The translations under genes and the position numbers were made by a program. Below, piece after piece: positions 1 to 8,671 of a DNA stretch of 64,000 nt (positions are counted from its first letter, which is position 1; every line of letters starts with the position of its first letter). This DNA comes from an uncultured Collinsella sp. (GTDB taxonomy: Bacteria > Actinomycetota > Coriobacteriia > Coriobacteriales > Coriobacteriaceae): assembly GCA_902470915.1 (NCBI GenBank), contig CABRIB010000001.1, positions 551-64,550 on the forward strand, written 5' to 3'. The notes beneath the pieces are model-generated. The model made no database searches, was not told where the DNA came from, and saw only the letters and a program-made list of their open reading frames with translations.

Positions 1-230
1 CCGAGCAGTTTGGCATGGCCGACCTCGGTAAGGTCACGGGCACCATTACCTCGCTCGAGATGGTCGGCGGCACCGTGGGCGCCATTGTCTCGGGCGTGCT
101 GTTCGATGCCACGGGCTCCTTTGCGAGCACCTGGATCGTGTGCCTGGCGTGCTCCGTGGTCATGCTCGTGTTCCTGCTGGTATCCGAGCCCATCGCCGCC
201 AAGCTGCGCGCGAGCGTGGCGGGGGAGTAG
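1..230 (+). CDS. MFS-type transporter, C-terminal fragment (5' end lies outside the window)
   Basis: Open frame from the window edge to TAG 228-230. Hydrophobic TM-like tail (VGGTVGAIVSGVLFDATGSFASTWIVCLACSVVMLVFLLV) is typical of the last MFS helices. Confidence 0.45.
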   Translation, partial: EQFGMADLGKVTGTITSLEMVGGTVGAIVSGVLFDATGSFASTWIVCLACSVVMLVFLLVSEPIAAKLRASVAGE

Positions 231-392
231 GTAGGCCAAAGCGCATCGCCGCTTGTCCGCTTCGTCCGCGGCGGCGCGTCTGGCCGAACGAGTCCCCATA
301 CCCTCGTTCGGTCAGACACGCCGCCGCGTTGCTGCTTTGTGCCGTATAATGTCCACTACCTATGACGCGATACAAAAGAAAGGTGTTTGCCC

Positions 393-1706
393 ATGCAGGC
401 ACAGAAGGCGGAGGGAACCCGCGACCTTATCGGCGCCGAGATGCGCGCTTGGCAAAAGATGCAGCAGATCGCTGCCGGCGTGTTCGAGCCGTTTGGTTTT
501 AAACCCATCGAGACGCCCGCGATCGAGCAGGTGGACGTCTTTGTCCACGGCATCGGCCAGTCGACCGACGTCGTGCGCAAGGAGATGTTCCGCGTCTTTA
601 GCGGCGCCAACCTGGAGCGCGTCTTTACCGAGGGCACCGACACAAAACTCAAGCCCAAGCAGCGCCTGGCGCTTCGTCCCGAGGGCACGGCCGGTGTGGT
701 GCGCGCCGTCGTGGAGAACAACCTGGTGCCCCAGGGCTCCACGCCGTTTAAGGCTTACTACGCCGAGGCCATGTTCCGCGGCGAGCGTCCCCAGAAGGGC
801 CGCCTGCGTCAGTTCCACCAGGTGGGTATCGAGTGGCTCGGCGCTCCCGATCCGGCGGCAGACGCCGAGTGCATCATCATGCTCATGGAGTTCTACAAGC
901 GCCTGGGCTTCGATCTTTCCAAGCTCCGTCTGCTCATTAACTCGATGGGCGACGCTCAGTGCCGTCCGGCTTACCGCGAGCAGGTCAAGCAGTTTATCCT
1001 CGATCACGCTGACGAGATGTGTGACGAGTGCCGCGAGCGCGCCGAGCTCAACCCGCTGCGTGCCTTCGACTGCAAGAATGACCACTGCCGCGAGATCATG
1101 GCCGACGCGCCGCTGATGGGTGACAACCTGTGTGACGAGTGCCGTGAGCACTACGAGCAGGTCAAGCGCTATCTGGATGCCGCCGGTATCGAGTATGTCG
1201 AGGATCCCACCCTGGTGCGTGGTCTGGACTACTACACCCGCACCGTCTTTGAGGTCGAGGCTCCCGGTGCCGGCGTCGGCTCCATCGGTGGCGGCGGCCG
1301 CTACGACGGCCTGGTCGAGCTCGAGGGTGGCAAGCCCACGGCGGGCGTCGGCTTTGCCGTCGGTTTTGAGCGCGCCCTGCTGGCCCTGCAGGCCTTTGGC
1401 AGCGATTTGGGTGCCGATGAGGCCCCGTGCGTCTATGTCGCCAACGCTGGCAAGGAGCTGCGCCAGAACGTCTTTGCCATTACGCAGGAGCTTCGCGCCG
1501 CAGGCATCGTGACCGAGGCCGACTATCAGGGCCGTTCGCTCAAGGCTCAGTTTAAGCAGGCCGACAAGGTGGGCGCTAAGCTCATCCTGGTCCTGGGTGG
1601 CGACGAGCTTGCCGCCGGCAAGGTCAAGGTACGTGACATGGAGAGCCATGACGAGGTTCTCGTCGATCTGGCCAACGTGGTCGAGGCGGTTCGCGAGCGC
1701 CTGTAG
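393..1706 (+). CDS. hisS: Histidine--tRNA ligase
   Basis: Class II HisRS signatures (GTRD near the N-terminus, RPEGTAGVVR, GGGRYDGL). ATG 393 follows an AAAGAAAGGTG RBS; the TTG 387 start in the ORF track is probably an over-extension. Confidence 0.95.
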   Translation: MQAQKAEGTRDLIGAEMRAWQKMQQIAAGVFEPFGFKPIETPAIEQVDVFVHGIGQSTDVVRKEMFRVFSGANLERVFTEGTDTKLKPKQRLALRPEGTAGVVRAVVENNLVPQGSTPFKAYYAEAMFRGERPQKGRLRQFHQVGIEWLGAPDPAADAECIIMLMEFYKRLGFDLSKLRLLINSMGDAQCRPAYREQVKQFILDHADEMCDECRERAELNPLRAFDCKNDHCREIMADAPLMGDNLCDECREHYEQVKRYLDAAGIEYVEDPTLVRGLDYYTRTVFEVEAPGAGVGSIGGGGRYDGLVELEGGKPTAGVGFAVGFERALLALQAFGSDLGADEAPCVYVANAGKELRQNVFAITQELRAAGIVTEADYQGRSLKAQFKQADKVGAKLILVLGGDELAAGKVKVRDMESHDEVLVDLANVVEAVRERL

Positions 1707-1952
1707 CGCATGTTTTTTGAGCTGCGGGCCTGCTAACGTGCCCTGCTCATGGAGAGCGATTGTTACGGGGGTGTTTCGCATTTATGCGGAATGCCCCCGT
1801 TTGCATATGCCGTCCACCGAGAAATACGACCATTTGGGGCAAAAAGCCTTGCAATGCAGAAAATACTTTTGTGTGGTAAAGCGCAATCAGCTTCGAAAGT
1901 TTTTGCCGAGTGCCTATAATAAATACCGCATGTTACGTGCATAGAAGGAGGA

Positions 1953-4778
1953 ATGGGAGGAAACGTGGCTGAGAACCTAAGCAACCAGTCTGTACCCGAA
2001 GCTGCGGCGCGTGTCGCTGCCGTGGTCAACCGCCTCGTTAACCGAATCGGCTCGAATGCCGAGTCCAGGGAGCGTCTCGCCGAGATCGAGATCCCCGAGG
2101 AGCTGCGCGATAATCTGGCGCTGTTCCTGCGCCTGGAGCGCCGCGTGCTTAGCGAGTATGATCCCGAGATCGCGGACCTGTTCGACAAGATTTTGACAGC
2201 CGAGATTGTGGCCAATGCTGGCAACCCCGGTAGCCGCGCTGCCGACGAGTCCGTTGACGAGCAGGGCGTGCCCACTGCCGACGAGCCCACCGCCGTGGCG
2301 TTTCGCGAAGTCGTCGATCTGATCGACAGCCTGCCGCTCGATAAGCAACAGGTCATTGTCCGCGCCTTTACGAGCTTCTTCCATCTGGCAAACCTGTCGG
2401 AGGAGAACTACCGTGTGGCGCAGCTGCGCGAGCGCGAGGCCGGCGCATCGACCGATACCGAGGTCGATCCCGCTAACGAACTCACCGTCGCCTATCACCA
2501 GTTGGTAAACGAGATGGGTGTCGAGGGCGCCAACGAGCTGCTCGGCAAGCTCGAGTTCCATCCTGTCTTTACCGCACATCCCACCGAGGCTCGTCGTAAG
2601 GCCGTCGAGGGCAAGATTCGCCGTATCTCCAACCTGCTGGAGGAGCGTCCGCGTCTGGGCGGCTCCGACCTGGTGGAGAACGAGCGTCATATGCTGCAGG
2701 AGATCGACGCCCTGGTTCGCACGAGCCCCATCGCGCTCAAGAAGCCCACGCCGGTCGAGGAAGCCGATACCATCATCGACATCTTCGATAACACGCTGTT
2801 CGACGTTATCCCCGTCATCTATCGTCGTTTTGACGACTGGGTGCTGGGTGATAAGGCCGGTACCGTGCCGCCGCTGTGCCCGGCGTTCTTCCATCCCGGC
2901 AGCTGGATCGGCTCCGACCGCGACGGTAACCCCAACGTCACCGCCAAGGTGAGCCGCGAAGTCGCCGCCAAGTACTTTACGCACATGGTGCTCAAGCTCG
3001 AGGACAAGTGCCGCCGCATCGGCCGCAACCTGACGCTCGAGGCCACCTACAGCAAGCCGTCTGCCGAGCTCATCAACCTGTGGAACCATCAGGTCGAGAT
3101 GAGCACCCAGTACACCGCACGTGCCGAGCTGATCTCCGAGCACGAGCCGCATCGCGCCGTCATGCTCGTCATGGCCGACCGTCTGAACGCCACCGTGCGT
3201 CGCATCACCGACACCATGTACCACAGCGCCGATGAGTTCCTGGATGACCTGCGTGTCGTTCAGCGCTCCCTGGCCGCCTGCGGTGCCGTCCGTGCTGCCT
3301 ACGGCCCGGTCCAGACCATTATCTGGCAGGTCGAGTCCTTCGGCTTCCATATGGTCGAGATGGAGTTCCGTCAGCACTCCGTGGTGCACGCCCGCGCCCT
3401 CAAGGATATCCACGAGAACGGTATCCACGGCGACCTGCAGCCCATGACGCGCGAGGTCATCGATACCTTCCGCGCTATCGGCTCCATCCAAAAGCGCTAC
3501 GGCAAGAAGATGGCGCACCGCTACATCATCTCGTTCACCAAGAGCGCCCAGCATGTGGCCGACGTCTTTGAGCTTGCCCACCTGTCCTTTGCACATGAGG
3601 AGGATGTCCCCGAGCTCGACGTGATCCCGCTGTTCGAGCAGCTCGAGGACCTCGAGGGCTGCGTCGACGTGCTCGACCAGATGCTTACGCTGCCTGTGGT
3701 GCAAAAGCGCCTTGCCCAGACCAACCGCCGCATGGAGGTCATGCTGGGCTATTCCGACTCCTCCAAGGATGCCGGTCCTACCACGGCCATGCTCGCGCTG
3801 CACTCCGCGCAGGAGCGCATTGCCAAGTGGGCCGAGAAGAACGATATCGACCTGGTGCTCATGCACGGTCGCGGCGGTGCCGTGGGCCGTGGCGGCGGCC
3901 CGGCCAACAAGGCCGTGCTGGCGCAGCCCAAGGGTTCGGTCAACTGCTTCTTTAAGCTCACCGAGCAGGGCGAGGTCATCTTTGCCCGTTACGGCAACCG
4001 CACGCTGGCTCAGCGCCATGTTGAGTCCGTTGCCGCCGCAACGCTTTTGCAGTCGGCCCCGAGTGTCGAGAAGACCAACACCGAGACCACGCAGAAGTTC
4101 TGGGATATGGCCGAGAAGCTCAACGCCGCAAGCCACGAGCGCTATCTGGACCTGCTGAACACCGAGGACTTTACGCCGTGGTTCTCGACCGTGACGCCGC
4201 TGACCGAGGTCGGTCTGCTGCCGATCGGCTCGCGTCCCGCCAAGCGTGGCTTGGGCGCCAAGTCGCTCGACGACCTGCGTACCATTCCGTGGATCTTCAG
4301 CTGGAGCCAGGCGCGCATTAACCTGGCCGCTTGGTACGGCCTGGGCACCGCCTGCGAGCAGTTGGGCGACCTTGACCAGCTCAAGGCTGCCTACCAGGAG
4401 TGGCCGTTCTTCCGCACCTTTATCGACAACATTGAGATGTCGATCGCCAAGACCGACCAGCGCATCGCCAAGATGTATCTGCACCTGGGCGATCGCGATG
4501 ATCTGTCCAAGAAGGTCTTTACCGAGATGCAGCTCACCCGTAAGTGGGTCCTTGCCATCGTCGGTGATGAGTGGCCGCTGCAGCGTCGTCGCGTGCTCGG
4601 CTGCGCCGTTCGCGTGCGTAACCCCTACGTCGACGCTCTGTCCATCGCCCAGGTCCGCGCCCTTCGCGAGGTGCGCATGAATCAGGACGAGATGGCCGAG
4701 GAGAAGAAGGCCGAGTACATGAGCCTGATTCTTTCGACTGTGACCGGCGTCTCGGCAGGATTGCAGAACACGGGGTAA
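1953..4778 (+). CDS. ppc: Phosphoenolpyruvate carboxylase
   Basis: 941 aa with PEPC motifs VFTAHPTE and MLGYSDSSKDAG and the C-terminal GLQNTG. The start is ambiguous: ATG 1953 abuts GAAGGAGG, and GTG 1965 is an alternative. Confidence 0.95.
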   Translation: MGGNVAENLSNQSVPEAAARVAAVVNRLVNRIGSNAESRERLAEIEIPEELRDNLALFLRLERRVLSEYDPEIADLFDKILTAEIVANAGNPGSRAADESVDEQGVPTADEPTAVAFREVVDLIDSLPLDKQQVIVRAFTSFFHLANLSEENYRVAQLREREAGASTDTEVDPANELTVAYHQLVNEMGVEGANELLGKLEFHPVFTAHPTEARRKAVEGKIRRISNLLEERPRLGGSDLVENERHMLQEIDALVRTSPIALKKPTPVEEADTIIDIFDNTLFDVIPVIYRRFDDWVLGDKAGTVPPLCPAFFHPGSWIGSDRDGNPNVTAKVSREVAAKYFTHMVLKLEDKCRRIGRNLTLEATYSKPSAELINLWNHQVEMSTQYTARAELISEHEPHRAVMLVMADRLNATVRRITDTMYHSADEFLDDLRVVQRSLAACGAVRAAYGPVQTIIWQVESFGFHMVEMEFRQHSVVHARALKDIHENGIHGDLQPMTREVIDTFRAIGSIQKRYGKKMAHRYIISFTKSAQHVADVFELAHLSFAHEEDVPELDVIPLFEQLEDLEGCVDVLDQMLTLPVVQKRLAQTNRRMEVMLGYSDSSKDAGPTTAMLALHSAQERIAKWAEKNDIDLVLMHGRGGAVGRGGGPANKAVLAQPKGSVNCFFKLTEQGEVIFARYGNRTLAQRHVESVAAATLLQSAPSVEKTNTETTQKFWDMAEKLNAASHERYLDLLNTEDFTPWFSTVTPLTEVGLLPIGSRPAKRGLGAKSLDDLRTIPWIFSWSQARINLAAWYGLGTACEQLGDLDQLKAAYQEWPFFRTFIDNIEMSIAKTDQRIAKMYLHLGDRDDLSKKVFTEMQLTRKWVLAIVGDEWPLQRRRVLGCAVRVRNPYVDALSIAQVRALREVRMNQDEMAEEKKAEYMSLILSTVTGVSAGLQNTG

Positions 4779-4806
4779 TCGATAGCCCTGTGGCTCTCAC
4801 CGGGAC

Positions 4807-4923
4807 CCGATGGGTTTCCCTCTGAATGCGTCCTCGCACTTGAAGCCCCCTTATCCTGCTCCTTCGGAGCTGCGGATAAGGGGGCTTCGTGCTGCGGAGT
4901 GCATTCAGAGGGAAACCCATCGG
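4807..4923. repeat. 117-bp nested palindrome (family member A)
   Basis: The outer arm CCGATGGGTTTCCCTCTGAATGC (4807-4829) is the reverse complement of 4901-4923. The inner arms are GAAGCCCCCTTATCC (4842-4856) and GGATAAGGGGGCTTC (4874-4888). A central mini-hairpin GCTCC-TTC-GGAGC sits between them. Confidence 0.85.
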
Positions 4924-5183
4924 ATCCCTTCGTCCTCGGTCTTCTGGGGTTAAAGCTAAAGGGAATAAGGCGCGCTTCGCGCATAGCGTGGAGTGCGGCG
5001 AGGGCTTCTTGCGTCCTGCGGAGTGTGCCTAAAAGTAAACTGATGGCGGGCCCTGCGATGTCCGGTCTTCAGTGGATTACTGCTGGGGGAATAATGGCGC
5101 GCTTCGCGCGTTTGGAAAGGGCTTCGTGCTGCGGAGTGCATTCAGAGGGAAACCCATCGAGCCCCTTCGTCCTCGGTTTTCGG
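4874..5183. repeat. Degenerate direct-repeat modules downstream of ppc
   Basis: GGGCTTCGTGCTGCGGAGTGCATTCAGAGGGAAACCCATCG..CCCTTCGTCCTCGGT occurs at ~4881-4945 and again at ~5118-5180. GGGAATAA(T)GGCGCGCTTCGCGC occurs at 4961-4982 and 5087-5110. A variant, CTTGCGTCCTGCGGAGTG, lies at ~5009-5026. Confidence 0.8.
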
Positions 5184-5428
5184 CGGATCAGCCGCTGGGT
5201 GAGGGTGGTGCTTGGGGCGACGTGCAAAAAACGGAGTTTTCAGCAGCCAAAGATTGGTGCATAAGGCTATGGGTGACGTTCGCGGCCCCTGTTGATGCTT
5301 TTGCACGACGATTGGGCTTTGGCGATGTTCATATATGGCTGGTTTCTCGCCGCATGCTATCCAGATGGGACGAGTCATGAGGACTATCTACCTTTTGAAA
5401 GACTTTTGACACCAAAATCTTATCCCGC

Positions 5429-5455
5429 GATGCTGAATACTCGCAAAAATGCACG
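5429..5455 (+). repeat. GATGCTGAATACTC-N-CAAAAATGCACG motif, copy 1 of 3
   Basis: Near-identical 27-mers at 5429-5455 (+), 18778-18804 (+) and 18612-18638 (reverse complement). Flanks are partly conserved (..GAGGGTACC.. / ..AGGGGGTACC..). Confidence 0.75.
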
Positions 5456-5612
5456 CTCCGGAGGGTACCACCCTGTTACGGCTAGAAATCCATGCGCCAT
5501 TTTATGCAATTAATTAACGCATTTATGCAAAATGGCTTACGTGCGTACGCCTCGGGCTAGATGTTTGCCTCGGCGCTGCGTAAATCATCCTGTCTATAGT
5601 GTCTTTGACAGG

Positions 5613-5650
5613 CGGCCGCGGTTCCCTTTGGGATCGCGGCCGTTTTGTTG
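5613..5650 (+). terminator. Intrinsic-terminator-like hairpin inside the larA leader (possible attenuator)
   Basis: CGGCCGCGGTTCCC-TTT-GGGATCGCGGCCG followed by TTTTGTTG, about 120 nt upstream of the proposed larA start. It is preceded by a second hairpin CCTGTC..GACAGG (5589-5612). Confidence 0.5.
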
Positions 5651-5768
5651 TGGGTCAAATATGAACGTTGTGTTAATGAGTCGGTGGACGGTGGTGTTTT
5701 TCGGTGAGCGGCGTATCCTTCCAACGGTTTATCTAGTGTGTCAGTTGAAAGGAAGAGGGCGCTCGTCA

Positions 5769-7046
5769 TTGTTTGAATGTGAACTACCGTTTGACCACAA
5801 GACGTTGCATCTGGAGCTCGAGGATAAGAATTTCGCGGGTGTGATGGAAGGTCATCAAAACGAGTTTAAGACCACGAAATCGCAGGAAGAGCTGGTAGAG
5901 GAGTCGCTTGCCAACCCTTATGGTTCGCCTTCGCTCGAGGAGCTTTGTGCTGGCAAGAAGGATATCGTCATTATTAGCTCCGATCATACGCGCCCCGTTC
6001 CCTCGCGTGTGACGATGCCTATTCTGCTGCATCACATCCATTCCGCTGCGCCCGAGGCTCGAGTGCGTATTTTGGTTGCTACGGGTATGCACCGTCCGTC
6101 GACGCACGAGGAACTCGTCAACAAGTATGGCGAGGAGATTGTTGCCAACGAGGAAATCGTTATGCACGTCGCGACTGACGACAGCATGATGAAAAAGATT
6201 GGCACCCTGCCTTCTGGTGGCGAGTGCATCATCAACAAGATTGCCGCCGATTGTGATCTGCTGCTTGCCGAGGGCTTTATTGAGCCGCACTTCTTTGCCG
6301 GTTTCTCTGGTAGCCGCAAGTCCGTCCTGCCTGGCATCGCCAGCTACAAGACCATCATGTACAACCACAACGGTCAGTTTGTGAATGATTCCCACTCGCG
6401 TGCCGGCAACCTGTGCCACAACCACGTGAGCGAGGACATGTTTGCCGCTGCCGAGATGGCTCACCTTGCCTTTGTGCTTAACGTGGTGCTCAACGGCAAG
6501 CACGAGGTCATCGGCTCCTTTGCCGGCGACATTCACAAGGCGCACGAGGCCGGCTGTGAGTTCGTGAAGAGCCTTGCCGGCGTTGAGCCCGTTGAGTGCG
6601 AGATTGCCATCACCACTAACGGCGGCTACCCGCTCGACCAGAACATCTACCAGGCCGTGAAGGGCATGTGCTCTGCCGAGGCTACGCTTCCCGAGGGCGG
6701 TGTGATCATCGACGTCGCCGGCTGTGCCGACGGTCACGGTGGCGAGGGCTTCTATCACAACATCGCCGACAACGATCCGGCGGAGTTTGAGCGTGCCTGC
6801 ATCGACCGTCCTAAGGACGAGACCCTGCCCGACCAGTGGACGAGCCAGATCTTTGCCCGCATCCTGGCGCATCACCCTGTGATCATGGTCACCGACCTGT
6901 GCGATCACCAGATGATCAAGGATATGCACATGACGCCGGTCAACACCCTCGATGAGGCGCTCAAGCTCGCCTTTGAGATGAAGGGTGCCGATGCCAAGGT
7001 GGCCGTCATTCCCGATGGCCTGGGCGTTGTCGTCGCTCAGCACTAG
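5769..7046 (+). CDS. larA: Nickel-dependent lactate racemase (LarA family)
   Basis: Motifs SSDHTRPVP, FFAGFSGSRKSVLPG (contains the Lys that tethers the nickel-pincer nucleotide in characterised LarA) and NGGYPLDQNIYQAVKG. Similarity begins at ELPFDHKTL. I therefore place the start at the in-frame TTG 5769 behind GAAAGGAAGAGGG; the 5532 start in the track adds an implausible leader. Confidence 0.85.
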   Translation: MFECELPFDHKTLHLELEDKNFAGVMEGHQNEFKTTKSQEELVEESLANPYGSPSLEELCAGKKDIVIISSDHTRPVPSRVTMPILLHHIHSAAPEARVRILVATGMHRPSTHEELVNKYGEEIVANEEIVMHVATDDSMMKKIGTLPSGGECIINKIAADCDLLLAEGFIEPHFFAGFSGSRKSVLPGIASYKTIMYNHNGQFVNDSHSRAGNLCHNHVSEDMFAAAEMAHLAFVLNVVLNGKHEVIGSFAGDIHKAHEAGCEFVKSLAGVEPVECEIAITTNGGYPLDQNIYQAVKGMCSAEATLPEGGVIIDVAGCADGHGGEGFYHNIADNDPAEFERACIDRPKDETLPDQWTSQIFARILAHHPVIMVTDLCDHQMIKDMHMTPVNTLDEALKLAFEMKGADAKVAVIPDGLGVVVAQH

Positions 7047-7095
7047 TACGCGGCCTAAACGAATCGTTTATAACCGACAAGAAAGATAAGGTTTT

Positions 7096-7827
7096 ATGCT
7101 TACCAAACTCCTCTGCGAATTCGGCGCAACGGCCCTCATGATCATCTTTGGAGTGGGCGTGCACTGCGATACGGTGCTCAAGGGCACCAAGTATCAGGGC
7201 TCCGGCCACATGTTTGCCATCACCACTTGGTCTTTTGGCATCTCGGTCTGCCTGTTTGTCTTTGGCGGTGCCGTGTGCATGAACCCCGCCATGGTGCTTG
7301 CCCAGTGCATCGTCGGCCTGGTGCCGTGGAGCAGCTGCATCCCCTTCATGATTGCCGATATGCTCGGCGGCTTTGTGGGCGCCGTAATCGCTTGGCTTAT
7401 GTATGCCGATGAGTTCAAGGCTTCCGATGGCGTCGTTGATCCCATTGCCCAGCGCAATATCTTCTCGACCAACCCCACCACCGAGGGCACGAACTATGCT
7501 CGTAACTTCTTCTGCGAGGCTATCTGCACCTTTGTGTTCGTCAGCGCCATCCTTGCTGCCGCTAACCGCGCCGGCGAGAACGTCCTGATGCTCGCAATCT
7601 GCGTCGGCCTGATCGTTTGGGCCGTTGGCATGGGCATGGGCGGCATCACCGGCTTCGCCATGAACCAGGCGCGTGACCTTGGTCCTCGCATGGCCTATCA
7701 GGTGCTGCCGATCAAGAACAAGGCTGACAACAACTGGAAGTACGGCCTGCTCGTTCCTGGCATCGCACCGTTTATCGGTGCCGCTCTGGCCGCGCTGTTT
7801 GTGCATGGTTTCTTGGGCATGTTCTAG
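7096..7827 (+). CDS. glpF: Aquaglyceroporin (MIP family), lar-operon-type lactic acid/glycerol channel
   Basis: 243 aa, 6-TM MIP protein. The first box is NPA (CMNPAMV); the second box reads NQARDLGPR (NQA, not NPA). It lies directly after larA, as LarD/GlpF1 does in the Lactobacillus plantarum lar operon. Confidence 0.85.
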   Translation: MLTKLLCEFGATALMIIFGVGVHCDTVLKGTKYQGSGHMFAITTWSFGISVCLFVFGGAVCMNPAMVLAQCIVGLVPWSSCIPFMIADMLGGFVGAVIAWLMYADEFKASDGVVDPIAQRNIFSTNPTTEGTNYARNFFCEAICTFVFVSAILAAANRAGENVLMLAICVGLIVWAVGMGMGGITGFAMNQARDLGPRMAYQVLPIKNKADNNWKYGLLVPGIAPFIGAALAALFVHGFLGMF

Positions 7828-7849
7828 TCCAAGGCTACATAGTTGTCCG

Positions 7850-7972
7850 CCGTCCGCATGGGGTAACTCCCCAGCGCGTCCTCGGACATGAAAGAACCCC
7901 CGCTGCGCACTTCGTGCGGCGGGGGTTCTTTCGTCCTGCGGAGTGCGCTGGGAAGTTACCCCATGCGGACGG
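7850..7972. repeat. 123-bp nested palindrome (family member B)
   Basis: The outer arm CCGTCCGCATGGGGTAACTCCCCAGCGC (7850-7877) pairs with 7945-7972 with one mismatch. The inner arms are GAAAGAACCCCCGC and GCGGGGGTTCTTTC. It shares the core GTCCTCG.AC.TGAA..CCCCC ... GGGGG..TCGT.CTGCGGAGT with 4807-4923, but the outer arms are unrelated. Confidence 0.85.
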
Positions 7973-8129
7973 CTGCGGGGTCTTTGCTGCGCTCGAGCAA
8001 GCAACCCAACATATAAATCTGAATTTGGATGGGAGGGGCTTGTTGCTGATAGGGGCGCTGGGCTGTTGTTGACACTTTGGGATGCGTGGCGCCTTGGGGT
8101 GGGGCAGTGCTATGGGATGAGCTTCTTAC

Positions 8130-8669
8130 TTAGTTGAAGAGGGGTTTTATGGCTGATAGGTAGTCTTTGGCTACGTCGGTCTTATCTGCTTGGAAGTTGT
8201 GCCAGGCCCACCATTGAACCATTCCTACGAAGCTTGAGGCTATGTGGTGCAGTAGGAAGCTTCGGTCCATAGTGGCGGCGGGGCCGTTTGGGTCGGTGGG
8301 GACGGTTTCGGCTGCTCGTGACATGATGGTCTTGCGCAAGCAGTCAGCGAAGACGCGTGAGCCGGCACCGGCTACGAGGGCTCGAACGCCCTGACGGCGC
8401 TCCCAGAGGTTGTTGAGGATATGCTCGACCTGAACGAGTGGGTCATCGAGCGGTGTGCCATCGTCGTCGAGGGCGTGGGTACAGATGTCGCTCACGAGCT
8501 CGGACAGTAGGTCGTCTTTGCTCTTAAAGAGGCCGTAGAATGTCGCGCGGCCTACGTGAGCGCGCGCGATGATGTCGCCGACGGTAATCTTGCCGTAGTC
8601 CACTTCGCGTAGCAGCTCGGAGAACGCCGCAACGATGGCAGCGCGGCTTTTTTCTTTGCGGGCATCCAT
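8130..8669 (-). CDS. TetR/AcrR-family transcriptional regulator
   Basis: TetR HTH region (AIVAAFSELLREVDYGKITVGDIIARAHVGRATFYGLFKSKDDLL). ATG 8669 lies 2 nt after the larC stop (8672-8674), which suggests translational coupling. Confidence 0.85.
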   Translation of the reverse strand: MDARKEKSRAAIVAAFSELLREVDYGKITVGDIIARAHVGRATFYGLFKSKDDLLSELVSDICTHALDDDGTPLDDPLVQVEHILNNLWERRQGVRALVAGAGSRVFADCLRKTIMSRAAETVPTDPNGPAATMDRSFLLHHIASSFVGMVQWWAWHNFQADKTDVAKDYLSAIKPLFN

Positions 8670-8671
8670 GG

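Noticed and set aside
230-392. T-box or attenuator leaders upstream of hisS, and similarly upstream of aspS (11214-11400).
   Set aside because: No specifier-loop or T-box (AGGGUGGNACCGCG-like) sequence is visible. The only feature is a hairpin (TCTGGCCGAACGAG...TCGTTCGGTCAGA), which is more simply the terminator of the upstream MFS gene.
360-1781. 473-aa ORF antisense to hisS. Similar long antisense ORFs occur at 1977-4484, 5784-7043, 11257-13269, 14797-16929, 18989-20311, 20540-21667, 22145-23539, 23991-25619, 25677-27761, 30420-31772, 32719-33843, 34059-35972, 46741-48141, 50637-52502, 55484-57406, 57669-59282, 60573-61835 and 61825-63978.
   Set aside because: Each lies opposite a gene with clear family signatures. 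Their translations are low-complexity (Ala/Gly/Arg/His/Leu/Val-rich) with no recognisable motifs and no RBS. This is the usual mirror-ORF artifact of high-GC DNA.
345-1920. TATAAT boxes at 345-350 (before hisS) and 1915-1920 (before ppc) as promoters.
   Set aside because: The -10 hexamers are perfect, but I could not find convincing -35 elements at proper spacing (TTCGAA at 1892-1897 is weak). They are left out of the feature list pending transcription-start data.
4899-5264. 121-aa ORF (and 5072-5380, 5292-5513) in the ppc-larA gap.
   Set aside because: These ORFs are generated by the repeat modules themselves (the peptide repeats HSEGNPS..PFVLG). They have no RBS and no recognisable fold.
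5532-5768. N-terminal 79-aa extension of larA given by the ORF track. Analogous over-extended starts occur at 18977, 23946, 29290, 31537, 32632, 33942, 36953, 40802, 41401, 43354, 44622, 50742 and 57156.
   Set aside because: Family similarity begins well downstream. Internal starts with good Shine-Dalgarno sequences exist, and the extensions overlap upstream genes, operators or repeats.
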